Positions 52,501 through 64,000 of a DNA stretch of 64,000 bases are shown here, one piece after another (positions within the stretch are counted from its first letter, which is position 1; each line of letters opens with the position of its first letter). The position numbers and the translations under genes were made by a program. The stretch is from Ophelia neglecta (taxonomy: Eukaryota): the NCBI GenBank assembly GCA_965285935.1, contig OZ260662.1:46810001-46874000 (forward strand), given 5' to 3'. The notes beneath the pieces were generated by a model. That model saw only the letters and a list, made by a program, of their open reading frames with translations, ran no database searches and was not told the origin of the DNA.

Positions 52501-55500
52501 AACAGAAAAAGTCTACAGAGAATGCCATCACCACATATCACAGGGAGAGGGCAAAGCTGGACGAGGACCAGAAAGCTGCTCAGAAAAAACTCTCAGATAT
52601 GACTAGGTCGGTGCATTACAGTTATAGGCCTACAGCTAAATCATTTTAAGAAAATTGATAGTTAGAAAAATGTAGCAAGACTCATAATCAGGCATTAACT
52701 GCCAGTTCCTTGCATATTTTAATGCATTGAGTTTTTATTTAAATAAGGAACTACATCTAACAGTTATCCATCCAGGAAGCAGCCCTAAAATCTGGCTCAT
52801 ATGGTTTTTCACTGGCCTTGGCAATATATATGTTAATGTCCGTATCAATTACCTTTTATTAATTGCATGTTGTTTGCTTAATAGTACCAGTAGCTTTGAT
52901 GTATTTCAGACATTACTCTGAGGTAGAGGAAGCAGTCAATGTCCGCAGTCAGAAATTAAACACCCTAGACACCGAGATCCACAAGGTAGAGGTTCTGTTA
53001 GATGACACCAGGTCAGAGAAGTCGAACATGGAATATGAACTGGCCGGTCTAAGAACTACCATCAGTGGTATGTCCCCACAGCAGTATGAAGCTGATTTCA
53101 ACCAAATTACTCCCTAACAGGCATGGACCCAATGAACAAAAACTGTCTGGAACTCTTCAGGGATTTAAGATGTCATTGTGATGTCATCCTCTTATACTAG
53201 GCAGTGAATTGCCATGAAAGCAGTATGATGTTTTTACCGGGACAAAGAAATAAATTATTCATATTAATGCATTCTTTCTCTTTGTACTGGGAACAAGGTT
53301 TGCATGCATGAACATGTACAATTTACTGAGAAAGCCTATATGATTTAAACCTTATTGCAATGAAAAGCCAACACTAATTGTTTCCATTTCAAATTTCCAC
53401 TGCACTCATTTTATGTGACACATCTTGACATGTTTTTCAACAAAGATATTCTTTTTTGTAACTTTTCAGACAGTCAGAGTGACCTGGAAGACATTCAGTC
53501 TAACCTGCAGGAGGCTGGGGACAACGTCCAGCGGTTGGAGAGAGTAAGATGTATTTGTTTTCTGACTTTGTGGTTTATTATTGGGCTTTGCTAGAAATGT
53601 GAAGTTTCAGTGTGAATTGTGTGAAACACTCTTATGGCTAAATTAGATCAGTTACATACATGTAGATAACTACACGTCACACGGCTTTGTGGTGAAGCTT
53701 TCCCTGCTTGTTTTTGGGACCAGTCATTTTTTTCTTCAATACTGCAGTGTCACTTTTTGGTTTATAGTGCTTTTTGGAGATGAATTAATACTGTACACAT
53801 AGTAGAAACTAATAGACTATTTATAATTTGGTTAAAGAACTATAAAATATGTCACTCACCTCTTTATTTTATTCAAATATTTAGAATAAAAAAGTTTAGA
53901 TATTATACTGGATATTTTAACTGTATTAGGAACTGGACGATCTCAAAGCTAGGAAAGAGGAAGGAATTAAAGACTTACACATTATAGAGGAAAACTTGTC
54001 ACTGAATGAGCAGGTATTGAAAGAGCACTACTAGGCACTTCAATGTACAAGCACTGTGAATGTTTCAAATAGGGAAGAAAATGAGCTTCAACAAATTGAA
54101 TGTTGCACAGAAAACTATAATAGGAGAAAAGACACATTTATATTTAAGAAACACACTCTTTCAACACTACAGCCCTCCACAGAGGGCAGATACCATTTAG
54201 TTACAGATATTCGGAGTTGAAAGGATTAAATGTAAAACCTTCCATATTACTTCAAGCTAAATTTGGATATTGCATAACTACATTATTTCTGTGTGTTTTA
54301 ATTTTCTTTTTAATTTCCTATTGGTGTTAGATGATGTACATTCTGTTTCATGTGTGTTTTGTTTTGTTCAGCACTTTTTGCACCATCACCGTATTCAATT
54401 TACCGTGTTTGCAGGCACTCAGCACCAAAACAACCGAGCTTTGTCATCTGACTTCTCAGCTAAGTCAGATGACCGCCGACATAGCGGTAAAACAAGACGA
54501 GCTTAATAGCATTGAGTCACTGCTGGGAAAAGTGAAGGTATACATACATCGCACTCACTGCACATACACTATGCTCTGTACAGTGTCATTGTACAGTTTC
54601 AATGATTTCAGCCTTTGCCTTGACCCTCAGCAATTGATATGAATATACATGTACATACAATTTGACACAATGAATGGTCCCCTGAATGTATTTTATATTG
54701 TGTAAATATATAGAGTATACATGAAGGTGTCTGGATCCATACAGAGATTACAATGTTATAACAGGTAACTAACAACAAGTAGAGACATACACAAACAATT
54801 GATAGTCACATGTTGCTTTTTTTTTGCTGTAAACTGCATACCCCCGGTACTTGTCGCCCTGATATTCCCTGTTATACAATTCTGCACTGGATATAGCACT
54901 AATTTTTTAAATAGGCGTAGATAAGTGTGAATGTCATGTACATAGATAGCCTGCTAGATTACTCACAATGTCTGCAAATCTTAGTATTGTATTTCTTAAC
55001 CTCCAATATTGGCAGATCATAATTATTATTTCTCACAATATCACTCACTGCCCCAAACCATAGCATACAGAATGTGCTATATCCCTTGCTAAATTTACAT
55101 ATTTTGTAATATTTTAGTGTGTTCATTGTTCATTGTTATTTTTGCAAAAACCATTAAAGCAAAGCCCTGTTAATATTTCTATCAGATTAAATTGTATATC
55201 AGCAATGAGTGTCTGTTTAAAAATGATATTCTCCTATGGCAAAGCCCTGTTCATAAAATGTTCACATGTAAGTACACTTACTCAGCAAATATAAATAATA
55301 ATAGTTAGTAATGTATGTATGGAAATGTAGTCTTTGGCATTTCAACACCCTCTTGGTTTTAATGTTGTAGGGATGAGCATCCTGAGGGCTTTTAGAGTTA
55401 GAGGGATTGGTGTTCAGAGGGCAGAATTGAAATCTTCAATTTTCATATAATTTGACTTTACTGTACTGAAACTAGCTGCCAAACTTATAGTTGTTTTTCC

Positions 55501-58500
55501 TTATATGAAAGCATGTGTACAAATGTAAAGATGCTTACTAGCCCAGGCTCTACATAGCCTGCTTCATGATAGCCTTTTGGAAAATACACCTTTACAACAA
55601 TTAAGCTATTACCGCTGTTTTGCCCTTATCTTTAGATAAAAAGTGATGACAACCAAGCTGAATGTATATTTTGGCTTAATAAGTCTGTTTAGTTAGAGAT
55701 GCTCACTAAATGTTGATGTCTTTCTTTTCAGCATGATATGACCCTGACAGAAAGAGTGAAAGCACTAGGTATGTTTCACAATGAAGCTAATCATACTCTA
55801 AAAAAATGGCCTCTTAATTCACTATCGGTAATACAAATCATTGTGTTTTCATTCATGTGCCTACCCTGCTACCCTGCCCACGGACCCTCGTCTACTAAAC
55901 CCGAGAAGGAATAAATGTCACCAGACAATGTGAGCAGGGCTCTAGCCTGCCAATAGTGGTATAATTGTACCTCTTCACTAGTCCTCTTCACAGATACATT
56001 GAGAGGAGTGAGTAGTAATGTTCAAACCTATTACACCACTATGGTCAGGTCAGGATATATCAAGACAGATACATTACACTTCTTGTGAAAACCAGTGATA
56101 AAGCCAAAGGAAGGCTCAAACATACCCAGTCTGTAGCGACCATATAAGGAGTATGAATTCAAAGCATTTGTGGTTAAATTCACAGCAAACAGTAGACCCA
56201 GTCTTCGTTGACATCACGGTAGTTGGGTAATATTGATGTTGCTGCTGATTTATGCGGCCATATAGAATAGGTGGTCGTCTGCTCACTTACAAATGTATTT
56301 TCACATACATATTCTACATTTTAGAGTTTTTGTAGTAAAATTGTGATGACATTTTCATGCAGATCATCCTATTGCTTTCCAGCTAAAGAAATCAGCAAGA
56401 AAGATGAAGAACGAAACAGAATGAAAACATCACTGGAGAAATCTTACCACGAGACCAAAAATCTCCAACTGAGAATGGCCAAGGTATGAAAAAACTCTTT
56501 TGTAGCTGTAAACAATTCTCTGTTCTATTATATGCTGAAATGTAGTAGGTGTTTGATTTTCAAACTAGCTTATTACCTAGTACCGGTAGATTTGGGTTTT
56601 GCAGGACAAAAGTTTAAATTATTCAATCAGTTCTCTTTCTCATAAACTGAATTTGTAAGTTCTATAATAGTATATATTGCTTGCCCTGTGTTACATGTTA
56701 GCGTGTTTACTTCCTAGGAGATGCAGTATATTCGTGAGAAGAGTAACAAAGAGATAGCTGACTTGGAGGGCATAGCTCAGGCCCACTACAGCCGAGCCAA
56801 CCGCCTTAGTGATGAGCTCAACTACATCAGAGCTGAGTACCTGGAAGCCAAAAGACAGGTCAACACTCCTCTTTGAAATCACAACATAGGCACTTTTGTT
56901 GACTGACTTATCACCATTTACATTTAAAAAATTGAACATGTACAACACATAATATTATAGGCATTCATATTCTGTGCCACTGTATTTTAATATGCCAATT
57001 TCTACATGATAGCATGTAGACATCATGATTGACCTTGTTTTATAGTTAGAAAACATGACCCCAGTCATCTCAATGAAAGATATAGTATTTATGTGTCTCT
57101 GATATTGTTATAGTTGGCTTCCCAACAGGAGATGGCAGAGAGGGAGAAGAGGTTAGAAGATGCCCTTCAGGAGTTCAAGGGAGAGCTTAAGGAGGTATAA
57201 CATTTTTATGCCAGCATTGTTATGAAATATTCTCCTATTGCATTTACAAATACACTTGCAAAGATAGAGGCCTTTTTTGTTGAATAGTGTTTCTCTCCTG
57301 AATTCAATGAATAACACTTCATGAACACTTATACTATACTTTTTTTCCGAAAAAGGTGTTGTCCCAAAGTATGAATGATGCCAATAGAAGTCAGCTGGAC
57401 GCAGTCAACGAGCTAGAACAACTACATGATCAGAAAGACAATCTGGAACATCATTTAGATTCCCTGCGACACAGTCTAAAACTGGTTAGTGGTAGACTTT
57501 CTATTAATAAACCTACATGTAATTAAACATGTATATAACAGATTCTATTTTTTAAGATGAATACTGTTTAAAAGTTGGGAACATTCTCCTTTTACTCTTT
57601 TTTTATGACGGCTTGAAAGGATGGCGTATTCCTGTCTTTGATTTAAAAAAAAAGGAAATGATAACAACCTATCTGTGCAACCTAACATATAATCATGTTA
57701 GATAAACCAAAATAATTCTGTGTATCGCTAAATGTTGTTTCTGCTTTCAGATCCGCAGAGGAGTTCAAGACAAGCCTGTGCCTCTTATCATGAAAATTCC
57801 TGACGGGCTCCCAAACTCTTTCGTAGAACAACAAGATTTTCTCAAGGTAAGAGTTTAATTAATTTATTCTTCCTTCATTTTCAAATGAATATAGTAAGTA
57901 GTTTAGAAATTTATGTTCAGACTTGCTTAATTGTTATTTTAATTGTTATGAATTATTACAGCAACAGCTTCAGAGGAAGATGAACCACCATGCAGAGATG
58001 CTACAGAACCAGAAGCAAATCTCACAAGACAGTATTCAGAAATTACAAAATAAACTCTCCAACTTAGAACAGGTATGACCATTTAAACTAACATTTAGTA
58101 TGAGAGTAACCAACACTGGAGAATAACTAGCAGGAGATTTTACACACTGACCAAGTCCATAATAGTGGTCGGAATTATTCAGTGAAAGAGGCGAAATTGA
58201 TTGTTAACTATCTGGCTTCTACTGGGGATTTTAATGATGTCACATAGTGAAAATAATGCCAAACTATTTTGATGTCATGCACATCAACCAAAATCACCTT
58301 TCTAATACTAACATTCGCAGTTAAGCTTTTGTCCGTTTTGATAAAGAATGTCACGTTCAGTGTGTTTGTTAAATGTTTTATTACAGATTCAAGCAATTAG
58401 CTTATGATCTTTCATTGAATTACATGTTCAATCCTTGGCATTAATGTTTGTAGGTGTTTTCTCACAATGATACTGGCCATATGAGCACTGCAAGTGACAT

Positions 58501-59060
58501 TATGTCTGGTCCGACCAAAGAAGTCACTAGCCCCACAATCAGCATGGAGCCTGTCCATGACAGTGATCCCCCCTCCCAGGACCACAGCCAGGTGGGTAGG
58601 CTCTCAAACACCCCTGTGTACTCTTAAACTACCCTGTTTACATACCCTAAAACACCCCTGTTTACATGCCCTCAAACTACCCTGTTTACATGCCCTCAAA
58701 CTACCCTGTTTACATGTCCTCAAATAACCATGTTTACACACCTTGGCTAATAAAAATTTACTAATGAGTTGTATTCTAATTAAACTTAAAGCAGATATTC
58801 CTTCCAATGCACAAAGACCTAATTATAGCTCCCTGTCTGGCATTATCTTTCACTTTGTGCATGGGATATAGGTCTTATCCCAACTTGTTTTTAAGTGAGT
58901 TTGTGATATTAAATGATGTGACATTTTTTCACGATTATTTCAGGAATCTGATACAAGTTCCAAAGACGGGAGAGTGCCCAAACATGCTTACTCCCCACAT
59001 CGTCATAGCAACAAACACAGAAGCCATCGAATAACAACAAATTTAAATCCAGCAGACTAA
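28554..59060 (+). CDS. CNTRL: Centriolin (CEP110), ~54 coding exons; first exons 28554-28635, 29416-29537, 29826-29993, 30306-30410, 30974-31160, 31357-31550; last exon 58944-59060
   Basis: GIRYITEDMIKK...LTLAKEGGKKIKYIENLDRLKKLQILNLSCNVIEKIEKLDKL...NEIEHIPAWIGKKLKALR...VFHLRTVESLD is the centriolin LRR region. It is followed by YELEQELAFYKID, extensive coiled-coil exons, a central Pro/Gly-rich region and the conserved CNVPEHHNLE motif (~45867-45892 plus next exon). It ends ...TTNLNPAD* (TAA 59058-59060). Internal exon boundaries were not all checked. Confidence 0.93.
33046..34231. mobile_element. ~1.2-kb non-autonomous pogo/Tigger-like DNA transposon in a centriolin intron
   Basis: TA|CAGTGGTCCCTGCTTACAACGA at the left and TCGTTGTTAGCAGGGACCACTG|TA at the right. 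It has subterminal CAACGAC/AAAGACC repeats and a CpG-rich interior, but no transposase ORF. Confidence 0.9.
40888..41065. mobile_element. ~180-bp Tigger-like MITE
   Basis: CAGTAAAACCTGACTTAAAGACCACC at the left versus reverse complement CTGTAAAACCTGTGAATTAAGACCACC at the right, with internal GACCAC repeats. Confidence 0.75.
42945..43362. mobile_element. 418-bp hAT-type MITE with 8-bp target site duplication
   Basis: Ends TAGTGATG...CATCACTA, perfect 8-bp TSD CTATAAAA (42937-42944 and 43363-43370), and subterminal ATCGAT/AACCGA motifs. Confidence 0.9.
50540..50670. repeat. Degenerate ~24-bp minisatellite (ATCTGCTCTAATACCAG core)
   Basis: Four to five recognisable units in a centriolin intron. 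Confidence 0.7.
51709..51938. repeat. Small inverted-repeat element containing two abutting long palindromes (51815-51853 and 51855-51911)
   Basis: TTAACTCTTTCACTG at the left and CAGTGAAAGA at the right. Inside are 19-bp perfect arms and 28-bp arms with one mismatch, each with a single-G spacer. Confidence 0.75.
55946..56050. repeat. ~100-bp foldback/MITE-like element
   Basis: CCTGCCAATAGTGGTATAAT versus reverse complement CCTGACCATAGTGGTGTAAT, with inner TCCTCT/AGAGGA arms. Confidence 0.5.
58605..58740. repeat. 24-bp minisatellite (AAACTACCCTGTTTACATGCCCTC)n in the last centriolin intron
   Basis: About 5.5 units are directly visible. Confidence 0.9.
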
Positions 59061-60457
59061 ACTGACTTGTGACATTCTGTGCTCTCAACATAGGCCCAGA
59101 TATATAATTAGAGTGACTGTGATAATCAAATATCTTACAAGACAGTATTGGTGCATAACCAGTTTTATTTTATTTATGATGTACTATACGGTGTGAGTTT
59201 ATTTGTATAAAATACATTTGCTAATTTATTTTAACCTGCTTATTGTCAGAGATGAGCAAACGTGAGCATATATATTGTATATTGTTTATACACTGTAAAG
59301 ATTTAAATGCTTTTATGATAATTATGCTCGTCAAATTGAACTGGTATGTCTATATTAGTTGTACAAAAAGTACCAAAATATTTCAATGAATCATTTGTAA
59401 TATGATCAATGTCTGTTGAAAAGAAAGCTGATTTCAGTCAGTTCGTGGCACTCGGAAGACTAAAAACACTGTAAAAACACACTAGTCAATAAATCAATGA
59501 ACTAAAGTTATATGTGGTTATATTACTATTTCTATGATAAGATCTTGAAATAGATCAAATGAGTGATTATTAATACATCAAACTCCTTTTTGCATAAGTA
59601 ACTTTTATGAAAAAGTTGCCATAAGGCCAGGCAATGACTCATTGATGAAAAGGGGATACTGTCAGTCAGAAAAGTTCGTTAGAATTATATTTTTTCGTTA
59701 ATTTAAAGAAATGTGCCTTCATGGAAATTTTATTTCACACAACTTCTACCACTAGTATAGTATAAAAAGCCCTTTTTTATATTTTGTGGGAGTTTAATTT
59801 TGTGAGGTAGAAAAAAAAGGGAAGTTAGTAAATTGAATGCCTAGCGAACATTTTTGGCTATTTAAAGTAGTTGAATGAATTTTGTCAATTGATAAGGAAA
59901 CTTGGTCATGTAACCTCTTTAAGGATGCTTCTTGTGAAGCGAATAGCACAAACATGACATTTCACTTTTCAACTTTGATCAAGATAATGCTGATCTTAAA
60001 CTACAAAAACATTTTGAGTAACAACAATCAGTAATTACGTCATATCATAACTAGACACCTTGGAGTTTACACTGCTTAATAAAAGTATCCCACATTGTGT
60101 GAAAAGTCATGATATGGAGACCTTTAGGCTGAAGGATTTAGGTGAAATAATTTAAATTGGTTACCTAGCAACTACTATGGCAAGGGCAGATTATTCATCG
60201 TAACTCTGTCCAAGATGATTTCACAAACTATAACATTGTTTAGATAATTTTTTCTCTTAACCCTGCTGTTGAATATGGTCTCAGCCTATACAGAAGCCCA
60301 TTTCCCTCTTTGAATTTCGGGTGAATAGTTTCTCTATAAGCCCTCATTGTCCACAGCAGCCATGAAAAAAAATTTGGCGTGAAAAGCTGCCTGTATAAAA
60401 AAGTATTTGATAACCAATTTGGTGAAGCTGCTTATGACTATCCATTTTCATTTCAAA

Positions 60458-60787
60458 TGGTTGTTGGTTTGGTTGTTTGGGGTTTTTATGTGTCTTTCTA
60501 CACTTATATTGTCATATCACCATGGTGTCTACTTGTGACAGTGGGCTCAATGCCCTCTTTAGAGTGCTGCCTCACTGGAGTACCTGCCGTAGACACCAGA
60601 CAAGGAACCCCACCCAGTCACATTATACTGACACCGGGTAGATCAGTCCTAATACTACCCTGGAAATGCTGGGCGCCTGGCAGGGGAGCTATCAGTATTT
60701 TTATGTCTTGGGTTTGACGCGATCGAGATTTTAACCACGATCTACCACTTGCGAGGCGGATGCCCTAACCACTCGGTCATGCCTTGG
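60458..60787 (-). mobile_element. tRNA-derived SINE, probably V-domain type
   Basis: Minus strand has a tRNA-like head with A-box TGACCGAGTGG and degenerate B-box GGTTAAAATC. The body contains CCCGGTGTCAGTATAATGTGACTGGG, as recalled for molluscan V-SINEs, and there is a CAAAC/CAAC-type simple tail. Confidence 0.75.
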
Positions 60788-62434
60788 TGGTTTTTCATTT
60801 CAAAATCCAGTCCACAAAGGCTTCTAACTGTTTGCAATATAATATTCACTTTTTGACAATTGCTCCTGGATGGCTGCCTTGATTTCATGCCATTCATTAT
60901 AAAATAATTCAACAAAAACTAATAAACTTAGAATTTCACAATTTTATTAGACATATATAAAACATATTAGTTTACAGAGTTATAATAATAGTACAAAGGA
61001 CAAAAAATATTTAACAGTTACCCTCTTATCATCCATTTAAGAGATTTCATAATAACAATTAATGATTCCAAAAATAACACAGGTACTACAAGTAAGAATT
61101 CCACATACTGTATCTACCTTCTAACAGTAAATACAAGTTCACACCTTTGGCTCTATCTGGTACAATAGTTGTAATGGCAACAGGTCAGTTCTATCAGTGG
61201 TGTATTCTTCTTCACCTTTTTCTAGTGCTCTAATGAAATGATTTATAAAGCAAAACATTGCCCAAGTATGTTCCATCTCTTAGTCACCTGTTCAATCTTA
61301 GCAGATCTACTGCTACCATATTTGATCTTATAGAAGACTCTTTTATTTTTTCAGGTCTAGAAAATAACGAACTTTTGTGCAAAACTTTGGGGAAATTGTA
61401 CTGGACCAAAATTGTTCCATTGAAAGACATTATAAGACGTTATACAATTCCAAAAATAAGCTATGGCCTAACATTATGCTTAAACTATGTATGCTTTCCT
61501 TTCTATGATTTTCATCTTCTATCAGATCGTTTTTGGTAAACATAGTACAGCCCCACTGAAATCACATGATGACAAAGGCGTGGTTCAAAGCCATGATGGT
61601 AGTTATCCCCTGCAAGCTTAATAGTTGTCAGGTCATTTCTAAATTCCTTATAATTGATGTTATTAAACAATGGTTTTGATTGATTTCAGTAATGCGACAA
61701 CCTTATCTTATGTTTTGCTGGATATTACTTAATTTGAACTATGGAAATATCTTAGTGAAGAAGACAAATTTGCTGATAATACTTTTTGGCAAGAAAATGA
61801 GGTAGGCCTACTCTGCTGAATGGTCATCTGTACAATCCATGTGAATTTGTTATAGAACAGTACACATTTTTACTACTATGTTTAAAAAACAATTTATGCT
61901 GACTGGAATGGTCCTGGTGATGATTTAGATGGCCATATTATGGGTGATCATCCCCGGAGCCAATCACCACCAGCCTGACTGTGAGAAGGAACACATGAAG
62001 GTATTGCAAGAATTAATGCCTGTCAATGTATCCTTACACTAGGCAATGCTACAAGGACTGATGAAGAAGAGGGATCCTTATGTGGCACCTTGGGATGCTG
62101 AGAACACTGATAATCAGCTCTAGGACTCAACTGATGGCCCATGAGAACGTTTTGCTGCCTTTAATATTTAGGATTTTTAGCACAATTAAACTAGTAGTAT
62201 TTGCTGCCTAATTATTGTGGAATTATAAATGGCCCTCTGATAAGTCTAATCTTTCCAAGCCTTTCAAATATTCAGTTCTGCTTTCAACTAATATAAACTT
62301 ACATAGCTATTCTATTTCTGATGACATTTCAAGGCCTATCCAATGCAATGCATATTAATGTGATTAGCTCATTAGCTTTTAAGCAATTTTTATATTAGTG
62401 TTCGTGTTCTTTTTCCATCCTATTTCTTAACATC

Positions 62435-63479
62435 CTATTTCTTAACACCAATTGCCACACATTTTCTCTCCCACTCCTTGTTTTCTATGTTGTTTAACAT
62501 CCAGTCAGCAACATCCACACGGGGTATCATGTACGTGGCTTCAGGGTGGAACTGCCCCTCTACCGCAACAACTGTTCCTTCTAAATAACAATTGAAAAAA
62601 AAGAAATACAAATATTCAAATGAAATGAAAACTTAATAGTTAAAATCATTTGCTTCACATACCGAATGATCATATCATTGACCAGCATTGGCATGTTCCA
62701 TTTGGAAGTTAAATAGATTGTAAACATCACATATGATTTGATGAAGGCAACCCACAAAATCACAAAGCTTAGAACATCCCTTGAATTTGAAAATGATTCA
62801 AGACAGTCCACAGGTAAATAAAAAGACATGCACCTGGCTATTGATAGGTAAAGAGTGTTGATTATTCACACCAAATAAAATAAATTAAAGTGAGTGGCCA
62901 AAATACCTGTTGTTGGAGGATTATCACTTAATCCAGGAGGCCGAACTGATGTATAATTGATCTCGTCAGGGTCAGTTGTAGCTAGAAAATCCTCCATTCG
63001 ACCCATATCCAGTAATACTCGTCCAAGAAAAAGTGGCTTCAAGATCCATTCAAGAAAGAGTGGATTTCCTGATTGGTCTGTGAAAAAGTAATCTGATTTT
63101 TCAATAGAATCATAAACAGGCTTCATATGAACTGTGGCCATAAAATGCCAAATAAAAAATGCACTTTGTTTAAAATATCAACATTTTTATTGCTTTTCAC
63201 CCAATTTCATACAATTTCATGTGTTTTGAGCAAAACAAAGAAAATGGTTATTATACTGCAGTACTGGCAGATTTTACCTTGACTTAAACCTCTCTCAAAC
63301 TATAACATAAACAATTAACATCATAGTCTTGTGAGTAGTAGTTATTTATATCGGAGATTAATCCTGAGCTATGAAGTAAGCTGTTATCTGACTTACACAC
63401 TGTGCACCATGAAGATATGAACAGCAATCTCTTCACTCCAGTTTTCTTCATGGCTTCTACAATGGGCTTGATAGATCGT
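62435..63479 (-). CDS. BLVRB: Flavin reductase (NADPH)/biliverdin reductase B-like NAD(P)H-binding protein, 3' part; exons ~63479-63397, 63077-62907, 62580-62435 (5' exons beyond the window)
   Basis: SIKPIVEAMKKTGVKRLLFISSW...LLDMGRMEDFL...INYTSVRPPGLSDNP...IPRVDVADWML...KCVAIGVKK* shows atypical-SDR motifs (VRPPGL, IxRxDVA). Orthology with BLVRB proper is uncertain. Confidence 0.8.
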
Positions 63480-64000
63480 CTTCTCAGCAGAAAAATACAA
63501 ATGGCTATATCAGAACATATTGAACAAGGCAATGTGAATTGCATTCACTTCACAGGCGTTAAGGGATATATCTAACAAACATGTCCTCTACTTTTTGTTC
63601 ATATACAAAGAAAGGCAAACAAGCAAAAATGTTACATGTATTAACTCAGTGTGGTAATGACCATGGCTGCATGTACAACGGTAAAAACACTATCTGTTGA
63701 AACATTTTAGCTACAAGAAGCTACTTCAGCAATTAAGGGCATATTAAATTACAACCAGTATGGTTAAACCACAACCGGCATGGTCTACATAAACAGATAA
63801 AAAATGTTCTCAAATACATTTCTTAATCATAAGATCTATAAACACTTTTACAGAACAAGTATTTGCTATGAAGCTTCACAGATTTTTTTCATAACCAACC
63901 ATCATCCCTCAGTAAAGAAGAAAAGCTGGAACTTTTCAAATTCACTTTTTTGATAGTTTCAAGGAATACTTGTACAAAAAAGAAATTGAGCAAAACCCAA

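Noticed and set aside
58605-58740. Regularly spaced repeats here and at 50540-50670 or 23760-23844 as CRISPR-like arrays
   Set aside because: Head-to-tail minisatellites without unique spacers, in a eukaryotic intronic context with no cas genes.
58944-59034. ORF-track frame RNLIQVPKTGE...AIE* as the centriolin C-terminus
   Set aside because: The preceding exon ends in phase 0 (...CAC AGC CAG|GT), so the correct frame is ESDTSSKDGR...NPAD*, ending at 59060.
60379-60717. 112-aa ORF with hydrophobic stretches
   Set aside because: Antisense reading of the SINE and its simple-repeat tail.
60715-60787. tRNA gene on the minus strand
   Set aside because: Degenerate B-box and no complete cloverleaf; it is the head of a SINE.

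Overview
AT-rich, intron-rich eukaryotic DNA from an invertebrate, most likely a mollusc or other lophotrochozoan. That assignment is inferred from a V-type tRNA-SINE and TGACCT-type ~165-bp repeats. Six protein-coding loci can be read by hand. (1) The 3' part of a C10orf67-like coiled-coil gene (+). (2) An intronless 565-aa gene with a ureidoglycolate-lyase-like cupin domain that seems to lack most metal ligands, fused to a ~350-aa Asp/Glu-rich tail (+). (3) HDHD3/Reg-2 HAD hydrolase (+). (4) A complete 8-exon class II xylose isomerase with an NLS-like N-terminal extension (-). (5) A complete ~54-exon centriolin (+), head-to-head with xylose isomerase. (6) The 3' part of a flavin reductase/BLVRB-like gene (-). 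The most unusual non-coding structure is a ~7.1-kb block (12006-19138) bounded by imperfect ~150-170-bp inverted repeats. Each repeat carries an inward-facing ETS+CCAAT motif pair, and the block encloses two convergent, apparently spliced non-coding units plus nested LINE and MITE insertions. Other points of note are a hAT MITE whose removal restores an open frame continuing a centriolin exon, a pair of abutting long palindromes, and several TA-flanked MITEs. Exon coordinates were derived by eye from GT-AG sites and frame continuity, and homologies are from recalled family motifs rather than database searches.
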